A stretch of 64,000 nucleotides of DNA from assembly GCF_009914755.1 (NCBI RefSeq), contig NC_060930.1, one strand, 5' to 3'. Source of the DNA: the human T2T-CHM13v2.0 reference genome, Homo sapiens. A program made the position numbers and the translations under genes. Shown here in pieces: positions 25,492-39,150 of this stretch. The stretch's first letter is position 1. The number at the start of each line of letters is the position of its first letter. Below the pieces are notes generated by a model. That model did not search any database. It was not told the DNA's origin and worked only from the letters and a program-made list of their open reading frames with translations.

Positions 25492-28315
25492 TTGGATTTT
25501 TAAAATCCAGTATTTCTTTGTAAATAAAGTGATGTTTAACTCAATTTTTAAAGTAAAATCTTGAAACAAGGTTCTCATAGTATATGGTCATGTATTCTCT
25601 TAAGTTTTAGACAGATCCTGTTCGGTATTAAGGAGCTTTGATAACTTTTTAGTGGTTTCTGATGTGCTGTTCTGATAAGCACAGTGTTTAGTAAGTAAAG
25701 AACCTGAAGACACACAGCCAGGGGCATAGACCATGTAAAGATTCAGCAAGTACCGACTGTTGGCCTACTGGGTGCCAGGTGCTGTTCTGGACCTGTGTGG
25801 GCTATAGGGAGGACCAAAAGATGTTTTTATTTTCATGTGATGATGCTTAGTCTTGCACATTGCACATTGGGCTGCATAGATCAGAGAACCATTCAAGCCA
25901 CCTCCAAAAAAAGCAGTATAGGTGTGTGGACCACTTCATTAGCTTAATGTGCAAGTACAATCTCATCTTTTTATTACTGTGATTCATCTCTTCAGTATCC
26001 CTATGCCCTGGTATATATAGGCATAGGGGTAACAGCAAATCCAGGATCTTTTTCTCAAATCTTTAATTCCTGGTGTGTTCAGTGCTGAGTGGAAGTGAGA
26101 AATCTCGCATACCTCAATGTACTATCAGTTCATATGCACTGCTTCCTGGCCACTTCCATGAGATACTGCTGTCCAAGACCAGTTCTGCTGTTGGGTCACC
26201 TGTGCTGTTGGGGGAAGCTTGTGCTTGCTTATCCCTTGCTGGTGCTTCTACTATGTTTCTTACTGACCTCCAAGGTTGTAACTCTTTGAGTTGATGCTTT
26301 GTGCTCCGAAAGGGTGTCTGGGTCCCAAGAGGCTTCTGAGCCCCAGCCACGAGCTAAGCTGGAGGTGCCCTAGGCCAGGAACAATGAACACCTGCTCACT
26401 TTACATTTGTGTAACTCAGAGTGGGTTTTTTTCCAAACAAAGACCATCTGGTTCTAAGTTTACTTTCTGTCTCTCCCTGGTCAGGGAATAGCAAGGCCAC
26501 CCTGCCCAGGCCAGCTCGGACAGTACAAGAGGGTGCTGGATGGAGCAGGTGCTGGTGGGCTCAGGTCCAGCCTGCGCTTTGCCCAGGTCAAGCTGTGTAC
26601 CTGGTGTGGACATGTGTGCCTTCCTTCTCCCCCAGGGAGAGCACCCTTTTCTTTGCACAAAAGCCATGGGCTTCTCATCTACCCAGGAGCCTGACCGCCG
26701 GTCAGGCTTCATTCCAGAAGGGGCATCTCCTATCTGATTCTTACCAAGTTACCATAGCAGCTGATGACAGTCCTGTATCAGAGCTTGGCACATTTGAAAA
26801 ATTGGCTTCACCTGTTAAGTCAGGAGGTCCTTATTAGGTCAGATTGCACCTGACCTGGGGCTGACACCAGAGAGTTGTCAGGAATTGAGGCAACCAATTC
26901 CTCTTTCTCTAGCCCTTTCCTAGGCTGGCATGGTTTCAGCAGGCTTGAGCTTCTGTTTGTCTCTCTGTTGACCAGCTTTCTTATTCTCTAATCAAAACAG
27001 ATTATCTCTCCTTCATAGGTGTTTCCTCATCCATCTGCTTAAAATGGCACATCAGGGGTCCTACCTACCTGACAGCAATCTTCCTCTGTTTCCTTTTAGC
27101 TCTTGCCTTGTGTTTACCTGGGGAAAATTTCTTCATATTTCATAGTTCAAATTCTCTAGAAAAGACCTATTGTGTGAAGCCACCTTTATACAGCAAGACA
27201 GAGATCATATGCCCCATAGGTGCCTCTGGATTTGTTGCCTTTGATCAGATACTCACTGGAGCCGAAACCAGTTGTGGAGCATGAAGTCACAGTGCCAACA
27301 TGGCCATGTAGAAGGGACTGAGCCTGGCCAGTTTCCATTCGTCCATTCATTCAATTAGTCTTTATTGATTACTGCTATGTGCCAGGTACTGTTCCAGGCA
27401 CTGGGCATACAAAGGTGAGCAGATGTGATTCTGTGATTCTGGAGTTAGACTGAAAGCAGAGAGGATACTCAGAAAGGGTGTGGCAGGCCAGACACAGCAG
27501 TGTCTCTGGTGATCTAAGCTATAGGCCTTGCATCATGCTCAGTAAATAACATGATGATGATGATGACTGTTCTTGTTTTCAGAGGATGCATGAAGAGCTA
27601 ATTTACTTAAACTAGTTAAGCTCTAGTTTGTGTCAGTACCTCAGTGGCAGCTCTGAGACAGATATTAAAGCCGTGGATTTATTCTGGCCCCTACGTACTG
27701 ATGAAGATGCTGTAGGCAAGGGCATATCTTGATTTTTCATTTCTTCTTTCAATCAACAAATGGCTAGTGAGCTAACACAAAGGTTGCAAAGACATCCCTC
27801 AGGAACTCACAGTTTAGTGGGGAAAGACAGGCCAATAAGCCAAAGACCACAGTGCAATAAAGTATAAGCTATGATTAGTGCCCTGTCCTGGGCCTGGGGG
27901 AGAACCTAGGATGGTCGGCTATAGGGAATGGCTGTGGGGAGAAAATGCCTCTGGCAAGAGGTGAAACCTGGGCTATCTCTATGCAAAAGGAGGAACTGAA
28001 AGATGGAGTTGGGTTGGGGAGGAAGAGTGTTTGGGGATGGGAAACAGTACATGTAAAAGGCCTGAAACAAACTGGCATAATCAGAAAACACTCAGCAGTT
28101 GCTTTTGGCTCTGAGCAGGGTTCTTTTGGGAGAGAAGGGAGAGTAGAGAGCTGGGCAGAGACTGAGTATGGGAGGTTGCTGTGTTTGCCTTTTTCCTGGG
28201 AGACACAATTTAGGCATTTGCAAGTTTGATATGGATATATTCTGAGTATATTCTGACATGAACACTGAAAGACAGAGACAATGGTAGAAAGAGCACAGAC
28301 AACTGAGATTGGGAC

Positions 28316-28810
28316 TGTCAGGGCTCAGAAAACAATACCGCAAAGCGTGGTGCTTTGATGTGCTGAGTATTTCTAACTGAAGGACATTGGAAGGGCCTCA
28401 GAAGTAAAGCCTCTCTCTGACCTTCTCTTGCCCTTCTCTTGACCTCCTATCTTCTGTTCCCCTTTCTCCCAAAATGCAGGCCACAGAGACTAGAATTCCT
28501 CTTCCCTGAGGTGGGTTGTAGAAACTAGGAATGTTACTCTAAACTTGCCCTGCCTTTTTGTGTAGGAACTAGCCGTAAAGAAATTCTTTGACCTGCCTTG
28601 TGTGATAGTAGGTCATAAGACCTTCATTCCAGGAGGGAGGGAGGGAGGGAGTGGGAAGGAAGGAAGGCGGGCAGGCTCCCATATCAAATAAAACTTTGAT
28701 TCAAGAAGTTTGTTAGGCTTTCCTCTTGTTAACCTGTCTTGTGTTACAGGAGTGTTGCCATGACCCTTACGATAGGTGAGAAAAGGTATCACACCTTTCT
28801 CCCCCATACA
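28316..28810 (+). mobile_element. ERV1 solo LTR (MER39-like)
   Basis: GGGCTCAGAAAACAATACC, CTCTCTCTGACCTTCTC, GGTCATAAGACCTTCATTCCAG, TGTTAACCTGTCTT. Confidence 0.7.
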
Positions 28811-29341
28811 CAGAATCTGGTTATTATCTGTGTAATCTTAGGACAGATTGACACCTGCCACCTCCCTATGCTAGGTTTAAGTCACCTCCCTATGCTAGGT
28901 TTCCTTATATCTGACCTGAAAATAATTAGTAACAGTAACACATAGCTCATAGGATTATTGTGAGGCTGAAATGTGTGAAAAGTGCTTTTGAACTTTAAAG
29001 TACTGTGTAAGTGGTGGCACCTTCGCATGCTTCCATTGTAAGGCTTACTGTGCTGCATTCAAATGATGCATGGATTTTTCTCCTTCCCTGCACCATAAAA
29101 TCATTGAAGATGGAAAGCATATTTTATTTATTTTTGCATTCTCAGTACCTACTAGAGAGCCTGGTACACACTAGGTGCTCAGTAGATACTTGTAGAATTA
29201 ATGCATGAATTACCTTAAAAATAGTTCTTTTGACATTAAGTATCTATAAATCAAAAACTAGCCTAAAACGATTTTTTAAAAATGTGTAAATAGAAGATTG
29301 GGTAAAAATGGGGATTTCCAAAATTTAAAAATAATGAGAGA

Positions 29342-29645
29342 TTTTTGTTTTTTTTTTTTCTTTGAGACAGGTCTCACTCTGTCACCCAGGCTGGAATGCA
29401 GTGGTGCCATCTCAGCTCACTACAACCTCTGCCTCCCATGTTCAAGCGATTCTCCCACCCCAGCCTCCTGAATAGCTGGGACTACAGGCATGTGCCATCA
29501 TGCCTGGCTAATTGTTGTATTTTTGGGTAGAGATGGGGTTTCACTATGTTGGCCAGGATGGTCTCGAACTCCTGACCTCAAGTGAGCCACCCACCTAGGC
29601 CTCCCAAAGTGCTGGGATTACAAGCATAAGCCACTGCTCCTGGCC
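29342..29645 (-). mobile_element. AluS
   Basis: Full dimeric Alu. Confidence 0.95.
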
Positions 29646-31143
29646 TGTTTTTGTTTTTTATACAGCTACCCATGAGATCATTAGAACTTCCTTGGGGTTA
29701 GTGTGTAAACCTCACTTGGCAACACCTATGGAAGTGAAGAGTGAAAAGGAAGTCATAAGTGTCAGTTCAGCCTGAGGCTAGTGGTGATGGAACCCCAGCC
29801 ACGGGGACTCTGCAGCCTCCTGGGAATGTTGGTGCTGGGTATTGGATGCAAGAGTGTAGGCAAACGAAGGCAGAAGGAAGTGCACTCATGCTAGCCCAAT
29901 CCTGCATTATTTCCCCACATGATCACACTCTATAGCAACCCTGTGAGAGAACAGTGTATCAGCTCCTTTTTTCAGGTAAGGAACCTGGTTTCAGAAGAGT
30001 GGAGTAATCCACCCAAGTCCCTCAGGCAGCAGGGAAGGAATAGAACCAAGACTCAAATCTTCATGACTTCAAAATGCATACTCTTTTCTTACCCTTCCCC
30101 ACCCTAGTACATATCTATCACCCCTCATAGAAACAACTCATGTTTATCTCCACCAACAGAGGGAAAATCGCATTATGTTTTACTCTGAATTATGAAAGAG
30201 ATCATCAGAATAAATATCACTTTCTATCAAAAAGTATTTTTAAGGCCCCAGTCAATGGTCGTCTACTTTAAGGTGCATTCAACACCACATTTCTAGCATA
30301 AAGAACAAATTTGACTTACTCGTGATGGAGTGTTCTGCCGTGTTTTCAGGCTAGCACATTTCGGTGATCATTACTTAGGTGGATTCTTTTAATCTAAAAC
30401 AACTCAGTTTTAGAATCATGTGTTTAATTCATGCCCAAGAACCATATCTTGTCTCAAGGTACAAGTGTAGTTTCGGTTACAGTGAAACTCAGGAAAAAAC
30501 ATTGAAGCAGCTTTAGTGTTTTTAAAATACCATGCTGAGTGACTCATTATCTTTGATCACACTTGCTGAAATTTGCACAGAGAAGTAGGTTGCAGCAGCT
30601 TGCCTTAGAAAGATTTCTGAGCTCTAACTTATTTTGTGACCTGTTGGCTAAAATTTGACATTTATATGCCTTACTTTGCAGTTTCTTGATACCTCTGTGA
30701 AGTCTTGAGAAAGAGTAGCTATTGCTTATCCCTCGTAACAGGAAGAAACTTGTGACTTAAAAAAAAAAAAAAACATGTTATCTCTCTCTAGAACTTTGGA
30801 CTGTGGCTAGGGCAAGAATGTCAGAGGTACAATGCTTTGATTTTGGGTCCATAACTCACATACTGTAAGCATGTGACATAATAATTAATGGTCATTAGTC
30901 AGGTCATCAATGTTGATTTATGATCTTTTTTGTTTTATGTATATTTTCACCTACCTGAATGTTTGGCATATCTTCTTTGGAGGTATAATTTCTATTAAAT
31001 AATCTTCAAGTAGCCTAAATATCAAGAACAAACATATTAAACCCCTTTTCTCCAAACTACTGGTCATTATAAATCTTTGATTTTTACTCCAGATGTTTGG
31101 AGAACAAGACAGAAAGGTGTGATAATGATAAAGAATGTGATTT

Positions 31144-31447
<304 letters not shown>

Positions 31448-32257
31448 GAATATGGCTTATGGTTAGTAAGTGTTATAGAATTTATGTCTTCAAATGAGTG
31501 TTATATTTTAGAGTTGTCATATTGGAAGAGTATGTACTCATTCCCATTATAATCTTATTAGGCAAAACAGTGTTCAACAAAAGTTTTGTGACTAAAATAT
31601 GTGACCCATATTTTTATCCTCTTGCCCTAACTATACCTCAATTGTAGCTCTTTCTAAAAATCATGTCTACATTTGAGTGACATAGATGTACTGTCACTGA
31701 GGAAGATTTGAAAAAGCATTCCATAAATGGCAGTAACAGTGGCCACATAGTAGGAATACATTTATTGTCTCCCAGCATGATTATTTTGGTGGGAATAACA
31801 ATCATTTGGACAGCTAAGTCATTCACATTACTTTATAGTAACACTGCGTACCTCCAAAATATATAACCACACAAGGTCATATGTGCTAACCAAGCAGATC
31901 AGTTGGAACTGTTAACACAGTGACTGTGAGATCTAGAAAGTAAAGGAGCTTTGAAACAGCCACTGTGACATTTGTAGAAGGGACCCAATCAGATATGAAT
32001 GAGAGGATTACTAAGTAATAGCAAGGGTTTGAACAAAATGAACAAATTTCTATAGTTAGCAATAGAGACTCCCTTCTTCGAATGAAGGAAAAGGGGTTTG
32101 TTTGTCTATTTGTTAACAAGAGCAGCCATTAACCGGGAAGGAGAGTGTGGCTTCATGATACCTTGCGGCCAGGAACTGATACATTGATACATTGGTTGTG
32201 ATCAAGGAGGGCACTCTCTTTTTGTTTCCAGGGATTGATCTAACTCTCTCTTGCCCG

Positions 32258-32397
32258 CTGTATCTATGTATGTATGTATGTACGTATGTATCTATCTATC
32301 TATCTATCATCTATCTATCCATCTATCCATTCATCATCCATCATCTATTAATCTATCTATCTTCATCATCATCATCATGTGTATCATCTATCTATCT
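32258..32397 (+). repeat. Compound (TATG)/(TATC)/(CAT) microsatellite
   Basis: Direct reading. Confidence 0.9.
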
Positions 32398-32775
32398 TAT
32401 TTTGGCCTACTATAACAAACTGTCATAGACTGGTTGGCTTATAAATAAGAGAAGTTTATTTCTCTTATTATGTCTCACAGTTCTGGAGGCTGGAAGTTCA
32501 AGATCAAGACACTGGCAGATTCAGTGTTTGGCGAGGGCCTGCTTCCTGGTTCATAGATGGCCATCTTCTTGCTGTGTCCTCACATGGCAGAGGGAGGAAG
32601 AAAGCTCTCTGTGAGCTCCTATAATGACACTAATTTCATTCATGAAGGTTCCACCCTCAATACCTCATCTAATCCTTATTACCTCCCAAAGACTCCACCT
32701 CATAATACCATCATGTTAGGGGATAGGGTTCTAATGTTTGGATTTTGAAGGGATATAAGCATTCAGTCCGTAACA
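32395..32775 (-). mobile_element. MLT1A0-like solo LTR
   Basis: CACAGTTCTGGAGGCTGGAAGTTCAAGATCAAG...CTTGCTGTGTCCTCACATGGCAGA...CATTCAGTCCGTAACA. Confidence 0.85.
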
Positions 32776-35156
32776 CTACCTAACTAATCTGTCTTTCCAT
32801 CCATTCAACCGTCCATCCTTCTGTCTTTCCCTCCCTCCCAGACTTCTCTGATGCTGTGAGCATATATTCTCCTCAGATTTCCCCTATTTACATGTCTTCT
32901 GTTAAAGCTAGCAGAGAGGGCTTCCCTTGGAATCCAATTCCACACACCAGCCTGGGCCAGGTAGCCATTCCTGACACCAGCTATATCCGTTTTGTTGGAC
33001 AGAGACCACTGGGGTGTATTCTTGCAGGTGTGGAGAGCACAGTTCCTCGATGAGAGGTGGGGGACTGGGAAAACACAACAAAAGCATTCATTACCTCCTT
33101 GTACCTGGGGCCCGGGGAGGTAAGAAATTGCAGGGCTTCTGGGAAGCCTACGTGTCACAGAGAAAAGCCTAATGTCTTTTAGGTAAGAAAGAAAGGAAAG
33201 AGTAGAGTAAGAAAACTATGTGAAATAAGGAAGCATTTTTTTAAAATAACAAAGTGGATGTTTCATTGCACCATAGGTGTTTTAGAGTTGTGGGGGAAAC
33301 AAGCAAGAATGAGGCATGTTCCTAGGGAACAACAAGATAAGAATAGGAAGGATGATGGAAATCATTGGCTGGGGTGAGGTGGGGGCACCTGTGGCTTGAG
33401 GAGTATAAAGAGTACAGGGAAGAAGGCTTGGCCATGAAGACAGGCATTCTCTCCCCCCGACCCAGATTGACATGGTGCCTGATCTCCTCCCCAGCGAACA
33501 TGCCAGTCTGTAGGGTGCACATTTCCACAGAGCTGTCTGGGCCCCTTTGGTTTCCATTCAAGGCAGCCCTCAGTGGTCATTTAACCAGATCTCCTCATTC
33601 CTTCAGGAAGATTAATAGTGGGCCTCACATGGCAGATCAGGCCTAGGTCTCTTCCCAAATGGAACAATATGGTAGTGAGGCCAGTTCAAACCCTTGCTTT
33701 CTGGGGATTACGTCCCCAAGGGTGACCCTGGATTCAGAGGCCTGCTCGGGGTGCGGGATGGCATTCCTTTGGCTTAATCTGATGAAACATTTCTCAGCAA
33801 GGGTTTAGAGTTTGCATGAGGTCACATGTGATTATCCAGATCTGGATTTATTGTTTTTTTATGGGGGTGACTGCTCCTTAGGCAGCTGACACATTCTCAG
33901 AAGGCCGGCCACAGGCAATGGCAAGATGAGAATGTTTGCCCAAGCCCAGGAACCTGCTGGGGGGTACTCAGCAGCTGCTAAGCAGCTATGGAGGGAGAAA
34001 GGTGTTTTGAAATTTCTGGTGCTGAAAAACCTGCCTTGTACATTAAAATCTGTAAGCAAATGTCCCTGTTCCACCTCCCCTTCCTGAGCTGCCTGGCTGC
34101 CACTCCTCCCTTCTTCTGCACACGCCTACTTTAACAGTTGCTCATTGAGCCTTCTTCTAAGGCTTCCCTTGATGTTCATGTTTGCAGGCCCTCACCTGTG
34201 TTAAAGTCATGCTTAGGAGTGGGGGTGGGGTGTCTCGGTATGATTCAGCCGGTCCCTGGCCTCAACAAGCAAGCTCTTAATCCTAGGTTGTGGTTTTCAG
34301 CCATGATCACTTTGCTGCACTGTTAATAGACAATAGGCAACAAAGGCACACCACAAAGGATGAAAACTGAGAGTCCCGGTCAGCTTACACCAGAAAGTGC
34401 CAAGGCTACCATTTTTTGCTAGGTGGGAGTTGGAGTGATATCCCAATGCATCAGTGGACTACTCAAATCAAACGTAATGGCCTGCTGACCAGAGCTCCCA
34501 CTCTGAGTTCACATATGAGTAGATGACAGAGTCGTATTATCTAATGTAGCATTTCTCATATCTAATGTAGACTTTCTCATACACATTCTAACATAGGAAT
34601 CACCCGGGGATCTTGTTGAAATGCAGTAGGTTTTGAGTGGGAATTGAGCTTGTGCACTTTCTAACAGGCTTCTAAGTTTTGCTGACGCTGCTGGTCCTCG
34701 GACCACACTTCAAGGGAAGCAAGTCTGTATGGAGAGCTTTTAATGGGCCTGTCAACTATTTTAAGGACTGATTCCTTATAGCACTGATGTACCTCAACAT
34801 CCCATCCATGGAAACTTCCATGCTACTTAAAAGTCTACTCTTGCTTTCCTGTTTGGCAAACCTTACTATATATTATCTATATAGTAAATAATGGGCGGAG
34901 GGTGTCATGCTTTTTCATGAAGTTTTTTGATGAAGTATCTAAACTAATCCACGCTTTGAAGGATCTAGAGAGAGAGCATGGCTTTAGAACTTTTACCTAC
35001 AAAAAATATTTTGCTTCAAGAGTGTCCATATGAATTGGCTTCTGGGACTTTCTCTGAAAAACCTCTAGTGTCCAGTGTCTAGAGGACTGTACAATTAAGA
35101 GGCGGGAATAGATTTAAAAAAACAAACAACAACAAAAACAAACAAACAAAGATTAG

Positions 35157-35468
35157 GGGCGAGTGCGGTGGCTCACGCCTGTAATCCTAGCACTTTAGGA
35201 GGCCTAGGAGGGCAGATCATTTGAGCCCAGGGGTTCGAGATCAGCCTGGGCAACATGGTGAAACCCCATCTCTAGAAAAAATACAAAAATTAGCTGAGTG
35301 TGGTGGCATGTGTCTGTAGTCCCAGCTACTTGGGAACTGAGGCAGGAGGATCACTTGAGCCTGGGAGGTTGAGACTACATGAACCATGATTGCACCACTG
35401 CACTCCAGCCTGGGTGACAAAGTGAAATCCTGTCTCCAACAACAAACAAAAAGACAACAAAAAAAAAC
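35157..35468 (+). mobile_element. AluJ
   Basis: Dimeric Alu with CAAA-rich tail. Confidence 0.92.
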
Positions 35469-35567
35469 CCCAAAGACTAACACATTTTATTCACAGAAAA
35501 CTCAAATCCATTCTTTAAGGTGACATTACCCAAAACATGAAAAGACAAGAGTAGAAGATGGATATAC

Positions 35568-35837
35568 AGCAGTCCCCCCTTATCTATGGGGGATTCATTC
35601 CAAGACACCTAGTAGATGCCCGAAACCTGCAGATAGCAACTGCTGAACCCTGTGTATACACTGTATTTTTTTTCCATTCATACATACCTATGATAGAGTT
35701 TAATTTTAAAATTAGGTACAGTAAGGACAACAATAACTAATAATTATAATGTAAGAAGTATGTGAATGTGTTCTCTCACTCTCAAAATACCTTACTTCAC
35801 TGTGGAAAGTAAAACCTCAGATAAGTATGGATTACTG
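35568..35837 (+). mobile_element. MER44 (Tigger7-derived) DNA transposon
   Basis: Terminal inverted repeats CAGCAGTCCCCCTTATC ... GATAAGTATGGATTACTG. Confidence 0.75.
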
Positions 35838-37022
35838 TGGACTTTTGAAAAGTTTTACAATTGTGAAGCATTTTTAATTCTTCATTTCTCAGTGTCTGTT
35901 GTGCCTTTTGTAGACTAGAAAAAGGTAAGGCTGAACAAGATGAGCTGGGTTTCTCAACACCCGGACCAGGGCTGTGATGATAGGAACAGGAAGGAAGGGA
36001 GACCTTGGGAACTATTGCTTCTATGGGTTGAACATAGGGACCTCCTTCTAGGGAGACTAAAGATGCTGAGATACACCTTAGTATCAGAGTGTCGGTGGCG
36101 GCAATGATAATTATGAAGATGTTGGAAAATAGGGTTGAGGCTGCAATAAGAAGATATGTTAATTTTGTTATCTGTGGTTGATATTATAATACCCATTGAA
36201 AATGCCCTGTAGAAGAGAGAAATATAATAATGGGGGGAGGCTAAGCTCTAAATGGAGAACTTTGACTTGCTGGTTGGATTAATAATGTGACCATTTATTA
36301 TTGCCTTGGGTATCACTGGAATTTTCCTACATAGCTTTGTTCACATGAAAAATTAAAGTTTACTGCATAGTGCTTGCTTAATAATTTGTTCAGCAAGCAA
36401 TATGCAATAAACTTTAACTTTTCATGTGAGTATAGACTGTCTCCCTCTCTTCGAGTTCACTTTGAGTAGTAGACTTTTGTAATCTCAATGGTGCCTCATC
36501 CATAGTAGTTGTTTATAAGGCATTTGTTGGAAAGCGACTGATTATACTTGGGAGTATTTGTAGTCACCTGAAAATAGTGAGAAGCCACAGCTGGAAAAAA
36601 AAAATTAGAAGTCTAGGGAAGAAAGAGTGTGGTGAGGGAGGTTAATGGCCCCCAGCTCACCTAAGAGAACCTAAAGAATAAAAACTGAAAGGACATCTTC
36701 AGATTGCATCTGAAGGAAGTCACTGGAATTCACAGCCAAAGCATTTCTGATGAAGTTCTAAGAATGAAAACCCAGAGAGTCACTGAGGGAGTAGGAGTTG
36801 AAGGGAAGTTTAAGGAGCAAAACCACAAATGGAAATAAAGGGCAGGGAAGCAGGGAAATAACAACAACCAACAAGAAAAGTTCCTGTGAAGCAAGTACTC
36901 TTCACCCAGTACCTTTCAATAATCTTTCATTAACATGATCTTCTGTGCTCAGACATGTCTGTTTATGGATAATATTAAGCATGTAGTAGATGGTGCTCTA
37001 TCAGAATTAAAAAAAAATTGAA

Positions 37023-37310
37023 GGCTGGATGCGGTGGCTCATACCTATAATCCCAGCACTTTGGAAGGCCAAGGCAGGTGGATCACTTGAGGTCAGGAGT
37101 TTGAGACTAGCCTGGCCAACATGGTGAAACCCTGTCTCTACTAAAAATACAAAAATGAGCCGGGCATGGTGGTGGGTAGTCCCAGGTACTCAGGAGGTTG
37201 AGGCCAGAGAATTGCAGAGGTTGCAGTGAGCCAAGATCGTGCCACTGCACTCCAGCCTTGGCAACTGAGCAAGACTCCATCTCAAAAAGAAAAAAAAAAA
37301 AAAAAAAAGC
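37023..37310 (+). mobile_element. AluS with internal right-arm deletions
   Basis: Alu left arm intact, right arm shortened. Confidence 0.9.
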
Positions 37311-37614
37311 AAAAAACTAACCAACCAACCGAACAAACCAAAAAACACATTGAAGAAACCTTTAGGAAAACCGGCATGATCTCTGATGTCCAGCTGCCTG
37401 TCACTTGCCAGGTATTTAAGGAGTGAAATGAGCAATGATGTTTCATCCAGATGCTTAAACATGCTTATCCCAGCCCAGAAGTGTGGCTGAGGGGCTAAAA
37501 CCCATGCACCACTCTTGACCCATCAACAAGGTTCAGCAAGTATTTACTGAGTCTCTATTATGTGCCAGTGAGAAAACAAAAATCCAGCTCATAGAGACTG
37601 CAGTATAGTGAGGG

Positions 37615-38145
37615 TGTCAAAGATAAAGCTGGAAACTAAAGTGGCAAGGAGAGATTTTAATGAGTGATAGACTATTGCTATAGAGAACTATTCAGTGTGA
37701 ACTGAACAACTTCAATTTGTACAGAAGTGACTGTGCATTTTAAAGAGAGAATGAAGGAGTATAGAGGGAGGTGAACAGAGGTTCAGTAAATTCACGGAAG
37801 TGAAAATATCATACAAACCAGGAAGAGGGGAGTTGGTGCATGTAAACCCAGCTGGGTTTGTTAACTGGTGCTTATGGAAGTCAGGCTCCCACCCTCCCAC
37901 ACAGGCTGGAGACAGGAGCCCCATCTTCAGATGTTAGATGAACAAACAGTAAATTATTTTGACAGTTTTGAGTTTTCTCAGACAGGCACTTTAAGGTGAG
38001 TTAAGGTCATTCTAGAGATGCAGGCCTTGAGCTGTTAGAAACTGTATTCATGTTTTATTCGAGTCTCTATAGGCTGAGGTTGAGGCCTAGTTGAGAAGAG
38101 GGCTCAGGGGAGCTGACTAGAGTTTGATCAAGAAAAGAGTCTTGC
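37615..38145 (-). mobile_element. ERV1 solo LTR (MER67-like)
   Basis: TGTCAAAGATAAAGCTGG...CTGACTAGAGTTTGATCAAG; resembles recalled MER67/MER31 group. Confidence 0.5.
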
Positions 38146-38700
38146 TGGGAGACAGAGACAATACACAAACTAAATAAACAATATTAGATGGTGATTACAA
38201 AGCAGAGGAAGGGTATAGGTCGTGCCGGGGTGAAGGTGTGCAGATTGCAACCTTAAGTATGGCAACCAAGGCAGGCCCCACTGAGAAGGTGGCATTTGAA
38301 GAAAGGCCTGAGAGAAGTTAAGGGGTGATCCTTCCAGGCAGAGAGAAGAGCAAGGGCAAAGGCCCCAAGGAACAGAAAAGAATCCCGGGTTGGGCCCCTG
38401 TAGACCACCGCAATGACGTTGACATTTTCTCTGAGTGAGACTGGGGATCCAGTGGCGGGGGCGCTGGGCAGAGGGGCATCATGTTTTTTGATACAAATGT
38501 AGAAAGCAAAGTTTGGGAGATAACTATTTCATTCATATCAATATCAACTTAGGAGTGAATCCACAGTATGCAGGGCTATGGTGTCTGCTTCTTCTCAGGA
38601 AGGGACAGTAACTAGCCAATTGATGGAGATTTTAACATTACGTGGAAGTAGCTAAACTAATTGAAGACATTTAAAAATGTCTTTACCTCCAACAATTTGC

Positions 38701-39150
38701 TGTTAAAAAATTATTCGATGACACTTGTTCAAGCACGGTAAGGCAGGTTTTATTTAGGACCATTGCAATAGGTATAGGGACCACTGCTATCGATTTTGTA
38801 GTCGGGGAGTGGGATTGGGCTCAACTCTGAATGTAACAGGGAAAATAACTTATAGCCAAGGAGCAGTGTATCTTGCTCCTTGGCTATAAATTACAAGTGG
38901 GTGTCAGTGGATGGAAAATTACTAAAAGGAAACGTCAGCGTTAGAGCAGTCTTGCTGAAGACAGGACAGGATGATCAGCCCTCACCTGAGGAAAGGTGAA
39001 GGGCTAAGGAACTCGATTGAAGGTGGGAGTTCTCGGTAAACCAATTTAGCAGGGCTTTTGTTAAAACTGTATTTTACGAGGAAGTGCCCAGATGGGCCTA
39101 GAAGATCCAGGAGCCTGACTAAAGCTTGGTCACTCAAATAATCTTTGTCA
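38701..39150 (-). mobile_element. MER31-like ERV1 solo LTR
   Basis: GGACCATTGCAATAGGTATAGGGACCACTGC, TTATAGCCAAGGAGCAG, GGAGCCTGACTAAAG; TG...CA termini. Confidence 0.8.

Noticed and set aside
28859-28902. 20-bp direct repeat CACCTCCCTATGCTAGGTTT (similar short duplications at ~19045-19118 and ~34540-34581)
   Set aside because: Ordinary slippage duplications within or at the edge of old repeats
38445-38468. GGGGGCGCTG as a CTCF site
   Set aside because: The 5' half of the core (CCASYA) is missing at the right spacing; lies in L2-like debris
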